A DNA stretch of 64,000 bases from a bacterium. Lineage in GTDB: Bacteria; UBA8248. Shown here in pieces: positions 58,825-64,000 of the stretch. The stretch lies in assembly GCA_965202625.1 (NCBI GenBank), contig CBDBBI010000010.1, positions 32,001 to 96,000 of the forward strand. Reading direction: 5' to 3'. The notes below the pieces were generated by a model that worked only from the letters and a program-made list of their open reading frames with translations, did no database searches and was not told the DNA's origin. Made by a program: the position numbers and the translations under genes. The stretch's first letter is position 1, and each line of letters begins with the position of its first letter.

Positions 58825-60750
58825 ATGAACGTGAACGGAAGTCTGAATGGAAACGTCCCGCCGGGTGCCTTGGCGGAGAAGTGGGACAACCACCGCTTCA
58901 GCATGAAGCTCGTGAACCCGGCCAACAGACGCCGCTATAAGGTGATCGTGGTGGGTTCAGGGCTGGCTGGCGGGGCGGCCGCGGCCACGCTGGGCGAACT
59001 GGGTTACAATGTGGATTGTTTTTGTTTTCAGGATAGTCCCCGCAGGGCGCACTCCATTGCGGCGCAAGGCGGAATCAACGCCGCCAAGAACTACCAGAAC
59101 GACGGAGATAGCGTCTATCGGTTGTTCTACGACACCATCAAGGGGGGGGATTTCCGTTCACGCGAGGCGAACGTGTATCGCTTGGCGCAAGTGAGCGCGC
59201 ACATAATCGATCAGTGTGTCGCCATGGGCGTCCCGTTCGCGCGCGAATACGGAGGGCAGATGGCGAACCGCTCGTTTGGCGGAGCGCAGGTGTCGAGAAC
59301 TTTCTATGCCAGGGGACAGACGGGCCAGCAGCTGCTCCTCGGCGTGTATTCTGCCCTTAGCCGACAGATAGCGGCCGGGACGGTGAAAATGCGTCCCCGC
59401 ACCGAGATGCTTGACCTCGTTTTGGTAGATGGCCAGGCGAAGGGCATTATCACGCGCAACCTCGTGACCGGAGCGATTGAAAGACACGCAGCCGACGTCG
59501 TCATCATGGCCACGGGCGGATATGGGCCGGTATTCTATCTTTCCACGAACGCCATGGGAACTAATGTCACCGCCTCGGTCCGGGCATACAAGAAAGGCGC
59601 CTACTTTGCAAACCCCTGCTACACCCAGATTCACCCGACGTGCATTCCGGTTTCAGGAGATCATCAATCAAAGCTCACGCTGATGTCCGAGTCGCTTAGA
59701 AACGACGGCCGTATCTGGGTTTCGATGAAGAAGGGGGATCCGAGAGTCCCTGCGGAAATACCCGAGGAGGAGCGGGACTATTATCTGGAGCGCATGTATC
59801 CAAGCTTCGGCAACCTTGCACCGCGTGACATCGCCTCGCGCGCGGCGAAGCGCGCGTACGACGAGGGCCGTGGAGTAGGGGAGACGTGCCTCGGCGTCTA
59901 TCTGGACTTCACGGATGCCATCAAGCGTCTGGGGCTGGGCGTGGTGAAGCAGCGATACGGCAACCTCTTCGACATGTATGAGAAGATCACGGGCGAGAAC
60001 GCCTATCAGATGCCTATGCGAATCTACCCCGCCATTCATTACACGATGGGCGGCCTCTGGGTCGATTACAACCTGATGAGCAACGTCGCGGGCCTGTTCG
60101 TGCTGGGGGAGGCGAACTTCTCCGACCACGGTGCGAACCGTCTGGGTGCCAGCGCGCTCATGCAAGGGCTGGCGGACGGCTACTTCGTGGCACCCTATAC
60201 GGTGGGGAACTACTTGGCGAGCCAGGCGCCCGGAGAGGTTTCTCCGGACTTTCCAGAATTCACCCGCGCCGCCCATGACGTGGAGGAGCGGATCAAGCGT
60301 GTGCTTTACGTTGAGGGGAAGCGCACGGCGTCTTCCTTCCACCGGGAGTTGGGCCTCATCTGCTGGGAGCATTGCGGGATGGCACGCTCGAAGGAGAGTC
60401 TGACGAAAGCGCTGGAGCTGATCCCCGCGCTTCGAGAGGAATTCTGGGAGAATGTGCGCGTGCCCGGAGACGACGACGAACTCAACCCGGAGCTCGAAAA
60501 GGCGCTTCGCGTCGCAGATTTTCTGGAATTTGCGGAATTGATGTGTTACGACGCCCTCGTGCGGGAGGAATCCTGCGGCGGACATTTTCGGGAGGAATAC
60601 CAGACGCCCGAGGGTGAGGCGCTTCGGGACGACGGGAATTTCAGCCATGTGAGCGCGTGGGAGGCGCCGCGCAACAGCGGACGTCCGACGCTGCGCAAGG
60701 AAGACCTCGAATTTGAGGAGGTCCAATTCAGCGTGAGGAGCTACAAGTAA
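58825..60750 (+). CDS. sdhA: succinate dehydrogenase/fumarate reductase flavoprotein
   Basis: [31 protein letters not shown]. Confidence 0.97.
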   Translation: MNVNGSLNGNVPPGALAEKWDNHRFSMKLVNPANRRRYKVIVVGSGLAGGAAAATLGELGYNVDCFCFQDSPRRAHSIAAQGGINAAKNYQNDGDSVYRLFYDTIKGGDFRSREANVYRLAQVSAHIIDQCVAMGVPFAREYGGQMANRSFGGAQVSRTFYARGQTGQQLLLGVYSALSRQIAAGTVKMRPRTEMLDLVLVDGQAKGIITRNLVTGAIERHAADVVIMATGGYGPVFYLSTNAMGTNVTASVRAYKKGAYFANPCYTQIHPTCIPVSGDHQSKLTLMSESLRNDGRIWVSMKKGDPRVPAEIPEEERDYYLERMYPSFGNLAPRDIASRAAKRAYDEGRGVGETCLGVYLDFTDAIKRLGLGVVKQRYGNLFDMYEKITGENAYQMPMRIYPAIHYTMGGLWVDYNLMSNVAGLFVLGEANFSDHGANRLGASALMQGLADGYFVAPYTVGNYLASQAPGEVSPDFPEFTRAAHDVEERIKRVLYVEGKRTASSFHRELGLICWEHCGMARSKESLTKALELIPALREEFWENVRVPGDDDELNPELEKALRVADFLEFAELMCYDALVREESCGGHFREEYQTPEGEALRDDGNFSHVSAWEAPRNSGRPTLRKEDLEFEEVQFSVRSYK

Positions 60751-61496
60751 TGAACCTCACCCTTAGGGTTTGGCGGCAAAAGGACGAGCGGGCGACGGGT
60801 GGCCTGGAAACCTACGAGGCGCGCGACGTCATTCCGGACATGTCGTTTTTGGAGATGCTGGACGTGACGAATGAGTGCCTGATCCTCGACGGGCGGAAGC
60901 CCATCGCGTTCGATCACGATTGCCGAGAAGGAATTTGCGGAATGTGCTCTCTGGTGATCAACGGGAAGGCGCACGGGGGTTTCGCCGGCACGACCACCTG
61001 CCAGCTGCACATGCGAAAGTTCAAGGATGGCGACACGATCACCATCGAGCCCTGGCGCGCCAGCGGCTTTCCCGTCCTCAAGGATCTCGTGGTGGATCGC
61101 TCTTCATTTGACCGCATCATCCAGGCGGGCGGGTTCATCTCCGCGAACACGGGAGGCGCGCCGGACGGCAACGCACTTCCGGTGCCGAAACCCGACGCGG
61201 ACGTTGCCATGGATGCGGCCGCCTGCATCGGTTGCGGTGCCTGCGCGGCGTCGTGCCCGAATGGTTCGGCGATGCTTTTCGTGGCGGCGAAGGTATCCCA
61301 CCTCGCGCACCTGCCGCAGGGCTTGCCCGAGCGGGGACAGAGGGTACGCAGCATGGTCGCCCAGATGGACGCGGAGGGTTTTGGCAACTGCGCCAACCAC
61401 GCCGAATGCGAAGCGATGTGCCCCAAGGATATCAGCGTGAGCCACATCGCCAAGATGAACCGCGAGTTCATCCGCGCGGCCGTGCGGGGCGATTGA
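60750..61496 (+). CDS. sdhB: succinate dehydrogenase Fe-S subunit
   Basis: [19 protein letters not shown].....C...CP. Confidence 0.97.
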   Translation: MNLTLRVWRQKDERATGGLETYEARDVIPDMSFLEMLDVTNECLILDGRKPIAFDHDCREGICGMCSLVINGKAHGGFAGTTTCQLHMRKFKDGDTITIEPWRASGFPVLKDLVVDRSSFDRIIQAGGFISANTGGAPDGNALPVPKPDADVAMDAAACIGCGACAASCPNGSAMLFVAAKVSHLAHLPQGLPERGQRVRSMVAQMDAEGFGNCANHAECEAMCPKDISVSHIAKMNREFIRAAVRGD

Positions 61497-61675
61497 CCCG
61501 TCCGAGGAAATCTTGGGGCGTGCTCCCACTCCCTCGCATGGTCTTCTTTGACGACGCTATTTGTCCAGCCGTTCCAGTAGCGCGCGTCCCCCCCACCTTT
61601 TCCATGAGGTCGATTCTAGGTAAACGCTAAAGGGGTAACCAGATCGATTTGACTACGAGGTGCCTGCTTTCGGGG

Positions 61676-62286
61676 TCATCGCGCCGCTTCCACGAGTCGT
61701 CTCAGACAGGAAATTGCTCGTCGTAGGCTCTCCGATCGCGTAGCGGCGAATTCCGGGCGCCACTTGTCCTTGGCATACTCGATAAGTCGCGCGATGGGTA
61801 GGCGGATCCCACGCGACGCCCGCTTCTCTCGCGGGGAACCATGTCCTTGCGAACATCCTTCCCACGTGAACGACGGCTCAGGTTGACCATTTTATCCTTT
61901 GGATGTTTGAGGCTTTCCGGCGTTGGGGATATCCAGTTTATCTGCACGCTCAAGTGTTTGGAGAGGGTTTCGGCGTCCGCCGTCAACCAAGCCTCGACCT
62001 TTCGGATGGCGATTCGAAAGCAAAGGAGGGGAGCGTGGTGGGGTAAGCACTCGCTGGGTAAAGGCGGCGCGCAATCCGCATCGTTGTCGAGATCAGTCAA
62101 CACGATCCACCGCGTATGGCGAACCGCGCGGTTGAAGCCGCGGATCCTTTGGCGGAGGTTATGTTTCCCTTCTCATCCATATACAGCACCCGTCTTTTCT
62201 CCGGCGTGCGCAATAAGCTTTTGCGCAACGGCTTCGTCCAACGCCCCCTCAACGGCGACATTTACATTGATGATGGGAGCGTCCAT
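61676..62286 (-). pseudogene. DUF4276-like (TOPRIM-type) protein, disrupted
   Basis: AVEGALDEAV, LTDLDND..CAP, VEAWLTAD; TGA at 62173-62175 and a frameshift near 61790. Confidence 0.75.
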
Positions 62287-62290
62287 CGCT

Positions 62291-62480
62291 TCACTCGTTG
62301 TCGAAGAGAGGTAATTGGAGCGCGCCCGCCGGTCGTGTCTTGGGGATCACGATCTCGTTGAGCGAGAATCCACCTTCCAGCAACGAGGGGATATCGGAGT
62401 CCGACGCAGCGGGCTCTACTCTCGTGTCTTCTCTTTTTGGGAAGAGTCCTATAAGGCGTAGGGTGCCCTCCTGATTCCCT
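62291..62480 (-). pseudogene. remnant of an AAA/ABC-type ATPase
   Basis: EGTLRLIGL joined directly to a C-terminal tail (SLLEGGFSLNEIVIPKTRP..QLPLF). Confidence 0.55.
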
Positions 62481-62594
62481 TCGCTGTAAAATGCGGCCAC
62501 TCTCCATTCCCAACGGCGCGAATATGCAGTATGATTCATTCTTGAAAATCTTGCGGGAACGCGAACGTATGCGCTCATCAGAGGGGGTGAAGCC

Positions 62595-63326
62595 ATGTCC
62601 ATGCAAGTAGAGATTCTCGATCGATCGGAAATGACCGAGCAGCTGAAGGAAATGGTTTCACTTGATCCAAAGGAAACCACGATCGTCACCATCGACATGC
62701 ACAGGGGGCACCTCGACCCCGAGGTCGCCACGATGCCGGCGAGTCCGGAGGATTGCGCGAGCGTTATCGGCCACGCGGAGGAGCTGCTCGCCTTCTCCAG
62801 AAGTCACGGAATGCCCGTCGTCCACGTGAAGCTCGTCTTCAGAAAGATTCCGGATTTGGGGAGCGAGGGGATGAAGGTCATCTTCTGGAAGGCGCTCCAC
62901 GACATCCAAGACGAAAAGAATCGCCTCACTCTGGGACGAAAGAGCACGGTGAACGACCACAACATCATCGGCGAGCCGACCACGGAAATGATCCCCTCCC
63001 TCGTGGAGGAGGGCGACTACGTCATTGACAACAAAAAGCGTCTCGACTGCTTCATGGGGACGGATTTGAAGGCTCTTCTGGATTCCCTGAACACGAAGAA
63101 CGTCTGCCTCATGGGCATCAACACGAACACTTGTGTCCTCAACACGGCTTTCACCGCCTTCAACTACGACTACCGGGTGGTTATGCTCTCCGACTGCGTG
63201 GCGAGCATGTATGGGCCGGACCTGCACGTCTTCGGCGTTCAGAACGTCATGCGGTGCCTGGGCTGGGTGTTCAGCAACGAGGAATTCATGGAGAAGGTGG
63301 CTGAGGGCGCGGAGGCGAAGAAGTAG
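62595..63326 (+). CDS. isochorismatase-like cysteine hydrolase
   Basis: IDMH, KKRLDCF, GINTNTCV catalytic triad pattern. Confidence 0.9.
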   Translation: MSMQVEILDRSEMTEQLKEMVSLDPKETTIVTIDMHRGHLDPEVATMPASPEDCASVIGHAEELLAFSRSHGMPVVHVKLVFRKIPDLGSEGMKVIFWKALHDIQDEKNRLTLGRKSTVNDHNIIGEPTTEMIPSLVEEGDYVIDNKKRLDCFMGTDLKALLDSLNTKNVCLMGINTNTCVLNTAFTAFNYDYRVVMLSDCVASMYGPDLHVFGVQNVMRCLGWVFSNEEFMEKVAEGAEAKK

Positions 63327-63519
63327 GTTTTGTCTTCTATGGCTGCTGGCGGATGCGGCAGGGGCAAGGCCCGGCGTTGTGCGCGCATCGGACCGCCCGG
63401 GCCCGGAGCACCGGTTCCGGATCTGAGCGGAGAGGCGCACGCTTCATCCATGTTTTCGAGGTTCACTTTCGCTCAACGCCGAGCACTGATTTTTGGTTCT
63501 TACAGAAAGGGTATTTGAG

Positions 63520-64000
63520 ATGGCAAAGGTTCAGGTGGGTGATGTGGAGCTGTATTACGAGGAATACGGGGCAGGCGTTCCGGTTGTGCTCATTCATGGC
63601 CTCGCAGGCGATTGCGGGGCGTGGAAGGCGCAAATCGAGCGCCTCAAGAAGAACTATCGCGTGCTCGCCTTCGACAACCGGGGGGCGGGCCGCAGTTCCG
63701 CGCCTGACTATCCCTACACGTCCAAGCATTTCGCGGACGACACCATCGGCCTCATGGACGCGGTGGGCATCACCGAGCCGGCCCACATCATCGGCCGCTC
63801 GATGGGAGGGGCTATCGCCCAGATCATGGCGCTCGACTATCCTGAGCGGATGCGGAGCCTGCTCATCACCGCCTCTTTCGGCAAGTTGGATCGATATGGC
63901 CATCAGATTCTCTACAACATCAACGAAGTTGTGAAGGCTCAGGGCTATGGCCCGGCGGCCAAGCATCAATCTCTGTTCTTCTTCCCGCCCCGTTACTTCA
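63520..64000 (+). CDS. alpha/beta hydrolase (PcaD/RutD-like), 3' end runs off the window
   Basis: manual translation: VLIHGL, FDNRGAGRS, GRSMGG. Confidence 0.9.
   Translation, partial: MAKVQVGDVELYYEEYGAGVPVVLIHGLAGDCGAWKAQIERLKKNYRVLAFDNRGAGRSSAPDYPYTSKHFADDTIGLMDAVGITEPAHIIGRSMGGAIAQIMALDYPERMRSLLITASFGKLDRYGHQILYNINEVVKAQGYGPAAKHQSLFFFPPRYF

Noticed and set aside
62173-62175. In-frame TGA read as selenocysteine
   Set aside because: It is not at a Cys-like position, and the gene carries a second lesion, so a pseudogene is more likely.
1-64000. CRISPR arrays, tRNA/rRNA genes, IS elements, prophage
   Set aside because: No periodic repeats, cloverleaf motifs, transposase or phage genes were seen by eye.

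Overview
64 kb from a high-GC Gram-negative bacterium (a TonB-dependent receptor is present; taxon not determinable here). The window holds a membrane-bound DMSO-reductase-family operon (fused 4Fe-4S/NrfD subunit, Tat-less Mo subunit, TorD chaperone), a second solo Mo enzyme, korAB and sdhCAB. It also has tyrS, coaD, an aspC-like gene and moaB inside a visibly AT-richer block, an ABC-AttH-HIBADH-rhodanese gene run, and three M24 peptidases. A btuB-F-C-D-tonB operon sits under two tandem cobalamin riboswitches and ends in an uncharacterised gene that may have a ChuX/HutX-like fold. At least five decayed genes are present, including an eroded AAA-ATPase/DUF4276-like module. No rRNA, tRNA, CRISPR array, integrase or transposase was seen. 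All family calls come from recognising motifs by eye, not from database searches.
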